Below, piece by piece: positions 20,013 through 30,806 of a stretch of 64,000 bases of DNA. Origin of the DNA: Alphaproteobacteria bacterium. GTDB lineage: Bacteria > Pseudomonadota > Alphaproteobacteria > SP197. The stretch covers positions 4,736,001 through 4,800,000 of the forward strand of contig OZ245842.1 of assembly GCA_965228895.1 (NCBI GenBank), read 5' to 3'. The translations under genes and the position numbers were made by a program. The notes under the pieces were generated by a model, which had not been told where the DNA came from, ran no database searches, and saw only the letters and a list, made by a program, of their open reading frames with translations. Position 1 is the first letter of the stretch. Each line of letters opens with the position of its first letter.

Positions 20013-20537
20013 CTATTCGGCGTTGTCGGAGGGATAGACGCCCCAGAGCGAGGCCATGGGCAGCCAGCCCTTGGCGCCACTCATATCGACGCGGCACCAA
20101 TCGTCTTCGCAGGACAGAAGCGTCCCCTGGACGCCTGGTTCGGCGCGGAACACGGGGAAGGCGCTATCCGACGGGTCTTCGCGCGCGGTTGCCAAATTGA
20201 CGCCATCGACCATGACCGTGCGCTGGCCCGACAGCATGACCCGGTGCACCCAGCCCACGGTGCCCTCGATATCCTGGATCTTACGCCACTGGTCGTACTC
20301 GGCGATGATCTCGACCGGCAGGCCCTTGCGGGTGTAGACCCACTCGACCGGATAGGCCTGACCCGGACCGGCGCGCATGTTGACCTCATCGGCCTTCAAC
20401 GACGCGAACCGCGGCAACGGCAGATCCTGGGCCTCGGTACCGGTCAAGCCGACGAACGTGCCGATAAGAAAAACCGCTACGGCAGTGCTCAGGTTGCGTT
20501 GTCCGGCATAAATGTATTTGCTAAAGAACGCGCGCAC
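20013..20537 (-). CDS. Tandem bacterial SH3 (SH3_4) domain exported protein
   Basis: LPLPRFASLK, VNMRAGPG, GLPVEIIAEYDQWR, GWVH, WCRV, KGWLP..LWGVYP; start uncertain (GTG 20537 or ATG 20564). Confidence 0.8.
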   Translation of the reverse strand: MRAFFSKYIYAGQRNLSTAVAVFLIGTFVGLTGTEAQDLPLPRFASLKADEVNMRAGPGQAYPVEWVYTRKGLPVEIIAEYDQWRKIQDIEGTVGWVHRVMLSGQRTVMVDGVNLATAREDPSDSAFPVFRAEPGVQGTLLSCEDDWCRVDMSGAKGWLPMASLWGVYPSDNAE

Positions 20538-20583
20538 GCCGGCCGACAAATAATTGACGCGCATCCTGGTACCTGGGAGTGAC

Positions 20584-21570
20584 ATGTCCCGTAAACGTCC
20601 CCTTGTAATCGTGACCCGCAAATTGCCCGACGTCATCGAGACGCGGATGATGGAACTGTTTGATACGCGGCTCAACGATGACGATCATCCCATGAGCCGC
20701 GACGAACTGGTCGAGGCGGTCAAAACGGCCGATATCCTGGTGCCGACCCTGACCGACCGTATCGATAAAGGCATCCTGGCCCAGGCCGGCGAGAACCTGC
20801 GCCTGATCGCCAACTTCGCCACCGGCGTCGATCATATCGATTTGGCGGCCGCCCGTGAACGGGGCATTACCGTCACCAACACGCCGGGCGTGCTGACCGA
20901 AGACACCGCCGACATGACGATGGCGCTGATCCTGGCCGTCATCCGCCGGGTCAGCGAGGGCGAGCGCCTGATTCGCGATGGCGAGTGGACCGGTTGGGGG
21001 CCCAACTTCATGCTCGGCCACCGGCTGTGGGGCAAGCGGCTCGGCATCATCGGCATGGGCCGCATCGGTTCCGCCGTCGCGCGCCGCGCCCGGGGCTTCG
21101 GCCTCTCGATCCACTACCACAACCGGCGCCAGCTTCCCGAGGCCGCGGAAAACGCGCTGGAGGCGACCTATTGGGAAAGCCTCGATCAGATGCTGGCGCG
21201 CATGGACATCATCTCGGTCAACTGCCCGCATACGCCGGCGACTTTTCACCTGCTCTCGGCGCGTCGTCTGAAACTTCTGAAAGAGACCGCCGTCGTGGTC
21301 AACACCTCGCGCGGCGAGGTTATCGACGAGCAGGCTCTGACCCGGATTTTGCGCGACAAGGCGATCGCTGGCGCCGGCCTTGACGTCTTCGAGCACGAGC
21401 CGGCGGTCAATCCCAAGCTCCTGGCGCTCAACAACGTCGTCCTGCTGCCCCATATGGGTTCGGCCACCATCGAGGGCCGGATCGACATGGGCGAAAAGGT
21501 CATCATCAACATCAAGACCTTCGTCGACGGCCACAAACCGCCGGACCGGGTCATCGATACGCTGCTCTAA
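20584..21570 (+). CDS. D-2-hydroxyacid dehydrogenase (glyoxylate/hydroxypyruvate reductase type)
   Basis: TNTPGVLTEDTAD, GIIGMGRIG, VNTSRG, AGLDVFEHEP, LPHMGSAT. Confidence 0.9.
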   Translation: MSRKRPLVIVTRKLPDVIETRMMELFDTRLNDDDHPMSRDELVEAVKTADILVPTLTDRIDKGILAQAGENLRLIANFATGVDHIDLAAARERGITVTNTPGVLTEDTADMTMALILAVIRRVSEGERLIRDGEWTGWGPNFMLGHRLWGKRLGIIGMGRIGSAVARRARGFGLSIHYHNRRQLPEAAENALEATYWESLDQMLARMDIISVNCPHTPATFHLLSARRLKLLKETAVVVNTSRGEVIDEQALTRILRDKAIAGAGLDVFEHEPAVNPKLLALNNVVLLPHMGSATIEGRIDMGEKVIINIKTFVDGHKPPDRVIDTLL

Positions 21571-21584
21571 GGCAGGCTCCGCGT

Positions 21585-21995
21585 TCAAACGAACAGTGTC
21601 TGGCCTTCCGGCTCGGTCTGGCCGAAGAAGGTGACGAGGCCGCTGACTTCGATCGCGATGTCGTCGCGCAGATCGTCGGCCATCATGTCCTCGGCCTTCA
21701 GGCCGGCCTCGCAGACCATGAAGGCGACGTCCATCGCATCGCAGGACTGCAGCAGCGTCTCGAAGTCGGCGATGTTCCGCTCCTTCAAATGATCGTCCCA
21801 TTCGGCACCCGACAAATTCACCCAGCCATCGGGACGGCGCAGCGCCTGGGTGGCGCCCATGGTGAAGAAAAGCGTGACCGGCCGATCGACGGCCGCGGCG
21901 GCCGCCGCCATCATCAGCGCATAGTGGACACGTCCGAAATCGCCGGAATGAACGACGATGGAAAGGCGCCCCTGGTTGGCGGCAGTCTCAGACAT
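21585..21995 (-). CDS. DsrE/DsrF-like family protein
   Basis: AAAVDRPVTLFFT, FMVCEAG, terminal TLFV; overlaps moeB. Confidence 0.7.
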   Translation of the reverse strand: MSETAANQGRLSIVVHSGDFGRVHYALMMAAAAAAVDRPVTLFFTMGATQALRRPDGWVNLSGAEWDDHLKERNIADFETLLQSCDAMDVAFMVCEAGLKAEDMMADDLRDDIAIEVSGLVTFFGQTEPEGQTLFV

Positions 21996-22794
21996 GGACG
22001 TGACCCGAGAGGTCCTTGATCGTCGCCTGCGGCCCGCATAGGGCGCAGTCGGGATCAGCACCATAGCTGACCCGCCGGAACTCGGTGCCCAGCGCGTCAT
22101 AGATCACCAGTGTGCCGTCCAAACGCTCGCCGAGCTCCAGGATCTCCTTCAGGACCTCAACCGCCTGGAGCGAGCCCATAACGCCCGCAATGGCGCCCAG
22201 GATGCCAGCCTCCGAACACGTCGGGATGACACCGTCGGGCGGCGGATTGGGGAACAGGCAGCGGTAACAGGGGTGTTCGCCGTCTTCAAACGCGCGAAAC
22301 GTGGTCAACTGACCGTCGAACCGCAGCATGGCCGCGCTGACCAGCGGTTTTTTCGCCAGGAAAGAGGCGTCGTTGATCAGATAGCGGGTCGCAAAGTTGT
22401 CGGTGCCGTCGCAGACGAGATCATAGCCGGCGACGATGTCGAGCGCGTTGTCGGCCTCGAACCGTTCGTGGTGCAGGATGACCTCGACCTCGGGATTGAG
22501 TGCTTCAACCGCCTGGCGCGCGCTTTCGGTCTTCGCGACGCCGACACGGTCGGTCGTATGGATGACCTGACGCTGCAGGTTGGAGAAGTCGACGTCGTCG
22601 TTGTCGACAACGCCCAGGGTGCCCACACCGGCAGCGGCCAGGTACATCAGAAGCGGCGCGCCAAGCCCGCCGGCGCCGATTACCAAGACCTTGGCCTGCA
22701 TCAGCTTGGTCTGGCCGATGCCCCCGACCTCCGGCATGACGATGTGGCGGGCGTAGCGCTGAAGCTGCGCTTCGGTGAAGTCGGCGATATCCAT
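21988..22794 (-). CDS. moeB: MoeB/ThiF-family adenylyltransferase
   Basis: RYARHI, GAGGLG, SNLQRQ, DGTDNF, PCYRCLF, CSEAG, CALCG. Confidence 0.88.
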   Translation of the reverse strand: MDIADFTEAQLQRYARHIVMPEVGGIGQTKLMQAKVLVIGAGGLGAPLLMYLAAAGVGTLGVVDNDDVDFSNLQRQVIHTTDRVGVAKTESARQAVEALNPEVEVILHHERFEADNALDIVAGYDLVCDGTDNFATRYLINDASFLAKKPLVSAAMLRFDGQLTTFRAFEDGEHPCYRCLFPNPPPDGVIPTCSEAGILGAIAGVMGSLQAVEVLKEILELGERLDGTLVIYDALGTEFRRVSYGADPDCALCGPQATIKDLSGHVHV

Positions 22795-23243
22795 CAGGCA
22801 GTCCCCGTCGATCCATGGCCGCCGGCGCCGCGCGCCGTGTCGTCCAGGACGTCGACCTCGACAAGTTCGGCCCGTGTCACCGGCGCGATAACCATCTGTG
22901 CGATACGCATGCCCCGTTCTATCACGAACGGCTCGCTGCCCAGGTTGATCAGGATAACCATGACCTCCCCGCGATAATCCGCATCAATCGTGCCCGGGGT
23001 GTTGAGCACCGTCACGCCATGTTTGGCGGCCAGGCCCGAACGCGGCCTGACCTGGGCCTCATAGCCTACGGGCAGCGCGATCGACAGGCCTGTCGGCACC
23101 AGGGCGCGTTCGTGCACGTTCAGATCGATCGGTTCATCGACAGCCGCCCGCAGGTCAAGGCCGGCGGCATCCGCCGTCGCATAGGCCGGCAAGTCCAGGC
23201 CCTGGCCGTGGGCGAGCCTTAAGACGTTAACCTCCAGGCTCAC
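22794..23243 (-). CDS. dut: dUTP diphosphatase
   Basis: [39 protein letters not shown]; GTG start overlaps coaBC stop. Confidence 0.95.
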   Translation of the reverse strand: MSLEVNVLRLAHGQGLDLPAYATADAAGLDLRAAVDEPIDLNVHERALVPTGLSIALPVGYEAQVRPRSGLAAKHGVTVLNTPGTIDADYRGEVMVILINLGSEPFVIERGMRIAQMVIAPVTRAELVEVDVLDDTARGAGGHGSTGTA

Positions 23244-24457
23244 GCGGCAAGCCGTTCGGCGATGCGTTGTGCGAGTTCTCGGGCGACCTCGGCCTTTGTC
23301 ATGCGCGGCCAATCCTCGACCCCGTCGGCCGAGACCAGATGGACGCTGTTGTCGTCACCGCCGAAGGTGCCTGTTCCCACCGAGACATCGTTGGCGACGA
23401 TCCAGTCACAGCCCTTACTGGCCAGCTTGCCCTTGGCGTAAGCAACGACATCGCCGGTTTCGGCGGCAAAGCCGATGACCAGACGCGGCCGGCGGTCGTT
23501 GCGCCCGGCAAGGGTCGCCAGGATGTCCGGGTTCTCCGCCATCTCCAGAACCGGCGCGCCATCGCCGTTCTTCTTGAGCTTGGTCGAGGCCTCGCGGGCG
23601 ACACGCCAATCGGCGACGGCGGCGGCACAGACCGCAACATCGGCCGGCAGCGCATCGTCGCAGGCCGCCAGCATGTCCCGGGCGGTCTCGACATGAATTA
23701 CATGCACGCCGCATGGGTCCGGTTGGGCGGTCGGCCCAGAGACAAGGGTGACCCGCGCGCCAAGGGTGGCGCACGCCGCGGCGATCGCATGGCCCTGCTT
23801 GCCGGAAGATCGGTTGGCGATATAGCGCACGGGGTCGATCGGTTCATAGGTCGGCCCGCTGGTGACCAAGGCGTGCAGGCCGGCAAGCGGACGCGCTGCG
23901 CCCTCAGGCCGGCCTTCGCCGAAAAAATCGTCGATCGCCTCAATAATGGCCGCGGGCTCGGCCATGCGGCCCTTGCCGACTTCGCCACAGGCAAGGTCGC
24001 CCTCGCCGGAATCAACGAACATGACGCCGTCGTCTTTGAGGCGCGCCATGTTGCGCTGGGTCGCCGGATGCTCCCACATGCGCGTGTTCATGGTCGGCGC
24101 CACCAAGACGGGCTTGTCGGTCGCCAGGAGGACGGTCGCGGCCAGATCGTCGGTCATGCCGGCCGCCATGCGCGCCATCAAATCGGCTGAAGCAGGCGCG
24201 ACAACGATCAGGTCGGCTTCGCGGGACAGGCGGATATGGCCCATCTCGCTCTCGTCGATCAGCGAGAACAGATCCTGATACACCTTGTCGCCGGATAGCG
24301 CGGCCACCGACAGCGGCGTCACAAACTGCGCGCCACCGGCGGTCAGCACACAGCGTACGGCCGCGCGGCGCTCGCGAAGCCGCCGGATCAGCTCCAGCGA
24401 CTTATAGGCCGCGATACCGCCGGAAATGATCAACAGAAGACGTTTGCCGTCCAGCAT
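23240..24457 (-). CDS. coaBC: Phosphopantothenoylcysteine decarboxylase/ligase
   Basis: [68 protein letters not shown]. Confidence 0.96.
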   Translation of the reverse strand: MLDGKRLLLIISGGIAAYKSLELIRRLRERRAAVRCVLTAGGAQFVTPLSVAALSGDKVYQDLFSLIDESEMGHIRLSREADLIVVAPASADLMARMAAGMTDDLAATVLLATDKPVLVAPTMNTRMWEHPATQRNMARLKDDGVMFVDSGEGDLACGEVGKGRMAEPAAIIEAIDDFFGEGRPEGAARPLAGLHALVTSGPTYEPIDPVRYIANRSSGKQGHAIAAACATLGARVTLVSGPTAQPDPCGVHVIHVETARDMLAACDDALPADVAVCAAAVADWRVAREASTKLKKNGDGAPVLEMAENPDILATLAGRNDRRPRLVIGFAAETGDVVAYAKGKLASKGCDWIVANDVSVGTGTFGGDDNSVHLVSADGVEDWPRMTKAEVARELAQRIAERLAA

Positions 24458-24837
24458 CGGGGCCTCCTCGGCTGATCGTCATGCTGCACCTGCGAAAAGG
24501 TAGGCGCGTGGACGGGATGGTGCAAGGGGGCGTCTTGGCACTCCTAGCGTTCACACGATTGTCCCGTTTTGACACATGAACCGTGTCCACCCCACGCCGA
24601 CAGGCTGACGCAGGCGACTTGGTGATCGTGATCGTCGATCGTCAGAACCCATCGTTCCGAAGCCCGATCCGACCTATGGCGCGGGTATCCACCCGCGTCG
24701 TGGTCAAGCCTAGACAATCGTAGAACACCGGGACGGCCGGCATCGGACATCACCGCCGATACCGGTCACGCGATACAACCGAGACGATATCGTGGGGTTC
24801 GGGCAGATCTGGGCGCCCAATCTGCCTCCATCGCCGG

Positions 24838-26394
24838 TCACTCAATAAGAGCGATTACCGCGACGAGCAGCGCAAACCCGGCAACCAGCCATAACCAGCG
24901 CAACGTCCTGGACGTGCGCGCCGCCTGCTGGCGGGCCATGTCTTCGACGGTGTCGGGATGCAGCTTCAAGCCGCCACTTGTCAGGTCGTTGACCAGCTTT
25001 TCTGCCTTCAACGCCATGCCCGGCATACGCTGCACGAACTCACCGGCATCGTTGGCGCCATCCATGAGCTTGGCCTGCGGGCCTAAGTTGGCAACGCTCC
25101 ACTCCTCGATCAGCGGGCGTGCGACGTCCCAGATATTGAGACCGGGTGTCAGCGCGCGCCCGATGCCTTCGGTCATCAACATGGTCTTCTGCAACATCAG
25201 CAATTGCGGCTGGGTCTCCATGCCGAACTGTTCGGTAACGCGAAACAATTGCGCCAAGAGGCGCGCCAGGGAGATGTCACTAAGCGGCCGTTCGAAGATC
25301 GGTTCGCCGATCGATCGGCATGCCTGCATAAAGAGATCGCGCGATGACGACTTCGGTACATAACCGGCTTCGAAATGCACGTCTGCGACACGCCCATAGT
25401 CGCGCGTCAGGAAACCGAGCAGCATCTCCGCCAGCGTGCGCCGGGTCTGCCGGTCAAGCCTGCCCATGATGCCAAAGTCGACGGCAACGATAATGCCGTC
25501 TTCGTCGACGAACAGATTGCCGGGGTGCATGTCGGCATGAAAGAAGCCATCGCGGAACACCTGGTTGAAAAATGTCTCGGCAGCCTGTTCGACAATCCTT
25601 CCGGGATCGTGGCCGGCTGCGATCAAGGCGTCACGTTCATCGATGGGGATGCCGTCAATACGTTCGACCGTCATGACGCGCCGCCCGGTGCGCTGCCAGT
25701 CGACAGCCGGCACACGAAAACCGGCATCGCCGGCGGTGTTCTCCGCCAGTTCCGACGCGGCCGCGGCTTCCAACCGCAGATCCATCTCGACCGCGACGGA
25801 CTCGGCCAGAGTCCTGACCACTTCGACAGGTTTTAGACGGCGTAAACTGGGCTGCGTGCGTTCGACCCACTCGGCGAGCCATTGCGCCAACGCCATATCG
25901 GCCGCAAAGACATCCTCGATACCCGGGCGCAAGACCTTGACCGCGACATCGCGGCCATCCGTCGTGGTGGCAAAGTGCACCTGCGCAATCGACGCAGCGG
26001 CGACAGCGTTGTCGTCGAAACTCTCGAACAAGGTGTCGACGTTTTCGTCCAACGCCTCTTCGATGGCCGCGCGCGCGGCGTCACCGGAGAACGCGGGCAG
26101 GCTATCCTGGAGGTTGGAAAGGTCGTGCGCGATCTCGTCACCGACAAGATCGGGCCGCACCGACAGCAGCTGGCCAACCTTGATGAAACTGGGACCCAGT
26201 TCCTGAAGCGCGGCGCCTAAACGTTCGCCGCGCCGGCCGGGCACCTCTTGGCGCGACACCTGACGCGCGGCCCATGTCAGCGGCGGCGCCACACCAAGCA
26301 TCTCCAGCGGGAACAACGCATCGTGTCGGGCAAGCGTTCGCGCGATGGCGAACAAACGGCCGAGATGGCGAACGCTTGCGAAGACGCCGCTCAT
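24838..26394 (-). CDS. ubiB: Ubiquinone biosynthesis kinase-like protein UbiB
   Basis: LGPSFIKVGQ, AAASIAQVH, VAVKVLRPG, GFFHADMHPGN, DFGIMG. Confidence 0.94.
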   Translation of the reverse strand: MSGVFASVRHLGRLFAIARTLARHDALFPLEMLGVAPPLTWAARQVSRQEVPGRRGERLGAALQELGPSFIKVGQLLSVRPDLVGDEIAHDLSNLQDSLPAFSGDAARAAIEEALDENVDTLFESFDDNAVAAASIAQVHFATTTDGRDVAVKVLRPGIEDVFAADMALAQWLAEWVERTQPSLRRLKPVEVVRTLAESVAVEMDLRLEAAAASELAENTAGDAGFRVPAVDWQRTGRRVMTVERIDGIPIDERDALIAAGHDPGRIVEQAAETFFNQVFRDGFFHADMHPGNLFVDEDGIIVAVDFGIMGRLDRQTRRTLAEMLLGFLTRDYGRVADVHFEAGYVPKSSSRDLFMQACRSIGEPIFERPLSDISLARLLAQLFRVTEQFGMETQPQLLMLQKTMLMTEGIGRALTPGLNIWDVARPLIEEWSVANLGPQAKLMDGANDAGEFVQRMPGMALKAEKLVNDLTSGGLKLHPDTVEDMARQQAARTSRTLRWLWLVAGFALLVAVIALIE

Positions 26395-26410
26395 GACTGC
26401 GGATATCGTC

Positions 26411-27163
26411 TCAGAGCCGCCACGCGGTGTGGAGTGCCGCAACGCCGCCGGTCAGGTTGGCGACCTTAACGTGGGCAAGACCGGCATCATCGACCATCTG
26501 CGCAAACACATTCTGATCGGGAAAGCGCCGAATGCTCTCGACAAGATAACGATAGGAGTCGGGATCGCCCGCAACGAGACCGCCCAGGCGCGGCAGAACC
26601 GTATCGGAATAGGCGCGGTAGGCACGATCAAGAACCGGCAGCACGACATGGCTGAATTCCAGACAGGCAAACCGCCCGCCCGGCTTCAGCACACGGCGCG
26701 CTTCATCGAGCGCGCGGTCGACATGGGTGACGTTGCGAATGCCGAACGCGATCGTATAGGCATCAGCCGAACCTCTAGCCAACGGCAAGGCCTCGGCATC
26801 ACCGCAGACCCATGTCAGATTGTCGATCAGGCCACGGTCATAGGCGCGGTCGCGCCCGACATCCAGCATAGCCGGGTTGATATCGACCAGGGTGACAGCA
26901 GCACCCTGGTCGATCATGCGAAACGCAATGTCGCCGGTGCCGCCCGCCACATCAACAACGTGTTGACCGGCTCTTGGCTTGACCGCCGCGACCATCTGAC
27001 GTTTCCACAGACGATGCACGCCGGCGCTCATCAGATCGTTCATCAGGTCGTAGCGCGGCGCCACGCTCTCGAAGACGTCGCGCACCAGGCCGGACTTTTC
27101 GTCCTCACCCACAACGCGATCGCCGAAACGCGTTGCGTGGTCGTTGTTTCCGTCGCCCAACAT
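26411..27163 (-). CDS. ubiE: Ubiquinone/menaquinone C-methyltransferase
   Basis: [49 protein letters not shown]. Confidence 0.95.
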   Translation of the reverse strand: MLGDGNNDHATRFGDRVVGEDEKSGLVRDVFESVAPRYDLMNDLMSAGVHRLWKRQMVAAVKPRAGQHVVDVAGGTGDIAFRMIDQGAAVTLVDINPAMLDVGRDRAYDRGLIDNLTWVCGDAEALPLARGSADAYTIAFGIRNVTHVDRALDEARRVLKPGGRFACLEFSHVVLPVLDRAYRAYSDTVLPRLGGLVAGDPDSYRYLVESIRRFPDQNVFAQMVDDAGLAHVKVANLTGGVAALHTAWRL

Positions 27164-27212
27164 GGCGGCGACCATAGCGCGCGCCCACAAAGGGCGCTAG
27201 TTTCGCCACACC

Positions 27213-28046
27213 ATGCCGGAACTACCCGAAGTCGAGACCGTCAGACGTGGGCTTCAACCGATCTTGGAGCGGCGCGTGTTGACGCGTGTCGAACAGCGCC
27301 GTCCCGATCTGCGCATTCCGTTTCCCGATGACTTTGTCGCGCGGCTTGAAGGACACCGTGTCGACGCGCTGCGCCGCCGCGCGAAGTATCTCCTGCTTGA
27401 TCTTGATGACGGCACGGTGGTCATCGCGCATCTCGGCATGTCCGGGCGCATGATCGTCAGACCGAAGGGCAGCAACGCGCCGCTCGAAACGCATGACCAT
27501 GTCATCTTGCACACCGATCAGGGGTCAAGCGTCGTCTATAACGATGCACGGCGCTTCGGTTTGATGACATTGACGGATCGAGACCACGAGTCGTCGCATC
27601 CCTTGTTGCGCCATCTGGCACCTGATCCGACCGAAGCCGATTTCACGGGACCGCATCTAGCCGATCGTTTGGCGGGGAAAAGAACGCCGATCAAAGCAGC
27701 GCTTCTCGATCAAACGGTGATTGGCGGTGTCGGCAACATCTATGCGTCCGAAGCGCTTCATCGCGCCGGCATTTCACCGCGACGCCTGGCGGCAAGCATC
27801 AAGCGCCAGCGCGCGGAACGCTTGGCCTCTGCCGTGCGCGAAGTCATCGCCGAAGCGATCGACGCGGGCGGTTCGTCACTGCGCGATTACGTGCAGGCCG
27901 ATGGTGAACTCGGCTACTTCCAGCATCGCTGGCGCGTCTATGACCGCGAGGACCAGCCATGCCCAACACCAGGCTGCCATGGTTTGGTCAAACGGATCGT
28001 TCAATCGAACCGCTCGACATTCTATTGCGGTTTCTGCCAACGTTGA
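27213..28046 (+). CDS. mutM: Formamidopyrimidine-DNA glycosylase
   Basis: MPELPEVET, RRAKY, HLGMSG, GVGNIY, C-terminal zinc finger. Confidence 0.97.
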   Translation: MPELPEVETVRRGLQPILERRVLTRVEQRRPDLRIPFPDDFVARLEGHRVDALRRRAKYLLLDLDDGTVVIAHLGMSGRMIVRPKGSNAPLETHDHVILHTDQGSSVVYNDARRFGLMTLTDRDHESSHPLLRHLAPDPTEADFTGPHLADRLAGKRTPIKAALLDQTVIGGVGNIYASEALHRAGISPRRLAASIKRQRAERLASAVREVIAEAIDAGGSSLRDYVQADGELGYFQHRWRVYDREDQPCPTPGCHGLVKRIVQSNRSTFYCGFCQR

Positions 28047-28048
28047 TC

Positions 28049-28411
28049 ATGACCTCACGCCTTCTCATCGCAGCACTGCTTTCCATCGCGCTGTCGCATC
28101 CTCTCAGCGCCAATAACGACAGCACCTTTGTCGCCGGCATCGGCGACCTGCCGTTGATGGAGGGCCTGACCGAAGATCCCGACTCCGCGATCATTTATGA
28201 CAAACCCGAAGGACGTATTGTCGAGGCCATCGCACACGGTGATGTCTCGGCCGAAGACGTCCGCGCCTTTTATGGCGACACCCTGGTTCAGCTTGGCTGG
28301 CAGGCAAGCGGTGACGACATGATCTTCACCCGCGAAGGCGAAGTCCTGACGATCATGGTGGACGACGACGGGAACGTGGCGACCGTCAGCTTTTCGCTCG
28401 CGCCACGTTGA
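28049..28411 (+). CDS. Conserved hypothetical exported protein
   Basis: Signal peptide; DLPLMEGL, DKPEGRIVE, FYGDTLVQLGW, REGE; coding-like codon usage. Confidence 0.65.
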   Translation: MTSRLLIAALLSIALSHPLSANNDSTFVAGIGDLPLMEGLTEDPDSAIIYDKPEGRIVEAIAHGDVSAEDVRAFYGDTLVQLGWQASGDDMIFTREGEVLTIMVDDDGNVATVSFSLAPR

Positions 28412-28471
28412 TGGTGTCGAACGCCCGAGCCTAGTCGATCAAGCGACCGCGAATCGCCGGGTATGCTGCGA

Positions 28472-28500
28472 TTGACGATGCCCCGGCCCACCGCTATAAC
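28472..28500 (+). promoter_or_regulatory. sigma70 promoter of rpsT
   Basis: TTGACG-N17-TATAAC, 36 bp before the ATG. Confidence 0.75.
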
Positions 28501-28536
28501 CCGCCTCCCAATTTCACCAAGATAAACGAGACGATC

Positions 28537-28797
28537 ATGGCCAATTCGGCACAAGCCCGTAAGCGCGTCCGCCAGACGCAGCGCCGCACAACCGTTAACC
28601 GCGCGCGCCTTAGCCGCATCCGTACCTATGTCAAAAAAGTCGAGACGGCGATCGCCACCGGCGACAAGGAAGCCGCGAAGGCCGCATTGAAAGATGCGCA
28701 GCCTGAATTGATGCGCGGCGCGAAGGTCGGGGTGTTGCACAAAAACACCGCGTCGCGAAAAGTGTCGCGTCTTTCCCGTCGCGTCGCACAGATGTAA
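28537..28797 (+). CDS. rpsT: 30S ribosomal protein S20
   Basis: [13 protein letters not shown]...[13 protein letters not shown]. Confidence 0.97.
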   Translation: MANSAQARKRVRQTQRRTTVNRARLSRIRTYVKKVETAIATGDKEAAKAALKDAQPELMRGAKVGVLHKNTASRKVSRLSRRVAQM

Positions 28798-28834
28798 CGA
28801 CGCGCGCCACAGGGCGCGCACACTTTGCGTTTTC

Positions 28835-28872
28835 AAACGCGTCGGATGACACCATCCGGCGCGTTTTTTCTT
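28835..28872 (+). terminator. Rho-independent terminator of rpsT
   Basis: aaacgcgtcggatg-acac-catccggcgcgttt followed by a T tract. Confidence 0.75.
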
Positions 28873-29302
28873 ACTCGGCGAAAAAGTGGTTTTGCTACTT
28901 CTAGTTGCTGTCATTCGTGACGGGCTCATGTTCGCGTCATAACCCCATTGTGCGCGCTTCCGCGGTTGAATTAAGGTGATCGCCAGGTCGAGGGTTCCGG
29001 CCAACAAAAAATCCTAAGAACAGCAGGTCTGTTCGGCGAAAGCCTCCAACGAAGGGGTCGTACGTTAGCCCCGTCGCGAGAGAAGTCGTCTCGAGATTTG
29101 GAACCGCAGACTTTTTGGAGTCGTGCTGCATCGCCCATAAGGGGATGCACCAGGGGGTGATACGAAGTCGTGCAACTCATTGATACCAAAAGAAAAATTC
29201 AAACACCGCAAAATCGTAGTTGGGCGCGGTGCAACAGTGTCGATGCGAACGAAGCCGTCATGAACCATGCGCAACATTGTTTGTCGCGTTCACAGGAAAC
29301 GG

Positions 29303-29333
29303 CCGACTCGTTGAGAATCCTTACCGACTCGTT
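29303..29333. promoter_or_regulatory. Three GANTC (CcrM) sites upstream of dnaA
   Basis: GACTC 29305, GAATC 29315, GACTC 29326 inside the direct repeat ccgactcgtt x2. Confidence 0.55.
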
Positions 29334-29378
29334 ACATGGCCACGTGACGTGGCGTTGACGCAGATGGGGAAAACATCG

Positions 29379-30806
29379 ATGGCCGTTGAAGCCGTAACTC
29401 TTGATCATGATGTCGAGGAGCAATGGAAGCGCGTACGAGGTCGCTTAAGGGCAGAACTTGGCGAGGCAGCATTCAAGACATGGTTGCGCCCGCTATCGCT
29501 GGACGGTGTCGCCGATGGCGAGGTCGTTATGCGGGTGCCCAGCGGCAACATGCGCGAATGGGTGATGTCGCGTTGCGGCCAGCGTTTGCGCGATCTGTGG
29601 CTGGGCGAGAACGACGGCATCACGGGGATCAGTATCCAGGTCGGTGCACCGCGCCAGGCGCCCGCGCGCCGATCCATGGCCAGCGCGCGCGCCCAGGCCG
29701 CCACCACCGCCGTGCAGGTCAGTGACATGAATGGCAGCAATCGCTCCGCGACCGTCACCCATATCGATGACGTCAACGCCTTCGAAGCGACCCTCGATTC
29801 GCGCTTTACGTTCGACGACTTCGTTGTCGGCAAGCCCAACGAGTTCGCCCATGCCGCCGCGCGCCGAGTCGCGGAGGCCGAAAAGGTTACTTTCAACCCG
29901 CTTTTCCTTTATGGCGGCGTTGGCCTGGGCAAGACCCATCTGATGCATGCCATCGCCTGGCATATCCGCCGGACCACGCCTGAGCGGCGCGTGCTCTACA
30001 TGTCGGCTGAAAAGTTCATGTACAAGTTCATCCGGGCGCTGCGCTTCAAGACCCAGGTGGACTTCAAGGAGCAGTTCCGCTCGGTCGACGTCCTGATGAT
30101 CGACGACATCCAGTTCATTGCCGGCAAGGAATCGACCCAGGAAGAGTTCTTCCACACCTTCAACGCGCTGGTCGATCAGAACCGCCAGGTGGTGATTTCC
30201 GGTGATCGCTCACCGTCGGACCTCGACAACATGGAAGAACGTCTGCGCTCGCGGCTCGGCTGGGGCCTGGTGGCCGACATCCACCCGACCGATTATGAGC
30301 TCCGGCTCGGCATTCTGGAGGCCAAGAACGCCCAGATCAGCGATGTCGAGGTGCCGCGCCGGGTCATGGAGTTCCTGGCCCACAAGATCACGTCGAATGT
30401 CCGTGAGCTGGAAGGCGCGCTCAACCGCATCACCGCCCATGCCCAACTCGTCGGGCGCCCGGTTTCGCTGGAATCGAGCCAGGAGCTCCTGCGCGACCTC
30501 TTAAGGGCCCAAGACCGGCGGGTGACGATCGAGGAAATCCAGAAAAAGGTCGCCGAACATTTCAACATCCGCATGGCCGATATGGTGTCGGCCCGCAAGC
30601 AGCGAGCGATCGCGCGGCCACGCCAGATCGCCATGTATCTGGCCAAGCGTTTGACCTCCCGGTCGCTGCCGGAAATCGGCCGAAAGTTCGGTGGCCGGGA
30701 CCACACGACGGTCATGCACGGGGTGCGCAAGGTCGAACAATTGAAGAGCCAAGACCCCGCCTTTCGCGAGGATGTGGACCTTCTCGAGCGCATGCTAGAA
30801 AACTAA
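29379..30806 (+). CDS. dnaA: Chromosomal replication initiator DnaA
   Basis: FNPLFLYGGVGLGKTHL, LMIDDIQF, QEEFFHTFN, NVRELEGAL, RPRQIAMYL, GGRDHTTV. Confidence 0.98.
   Translation: MAVEAVTLDHDVEEQWKRVRGRLRAELGEAAFKTWLRPLSLDGVADGEVVMRVPSGNMREWVMSRCGQRLRDLWLGENDGITGISIQVGAPRQAPARRSMASARAQAATTAVQVSDMNGSNRSATVTHIDDVNAFEATLDSRFTFDDFVVGKPNEFAHAAARRVAEAEKVTFNPLFLYGGVGLGKTHLMHAIAWHIRRTTPERRVLYMSAEKFMYKFIRALRFKTQVDFKEQFRSVDVLMIDDIQFIAGKESTQEEFFHTFNALVDQNRQVVISGDRSPSDLDNMEERLRSRLGWGLVADIHPTDYELRLGILEAKNAQISDVEVPRRVMEFLAHKITSNVRELEGALNRITAHAQLVGRPVSLESSQELLRDLLRAQDRRVTIEEIQKKVAEHFNIRMADMVSARKQRAIARPRQIAMYLAKRLTSRSLPEIGRKFGGRDHTTVMHGVRKVEQLKSQDPAFREDVDLLERMLEN

Noticed and set aside
24544-24753. 69-aa ORF between ubiB and coaBC
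   Set aside because: No clear RBS, motif or coding-like composition
28798-29378. oriC in the rpsT-dnaA or dnaA-dnaN spacer
   Set aside because: No cluster of DnaA boxes (TTATCCACA/TGATCCACA) seen; alphaproteobacterial origins are often away from dnaA
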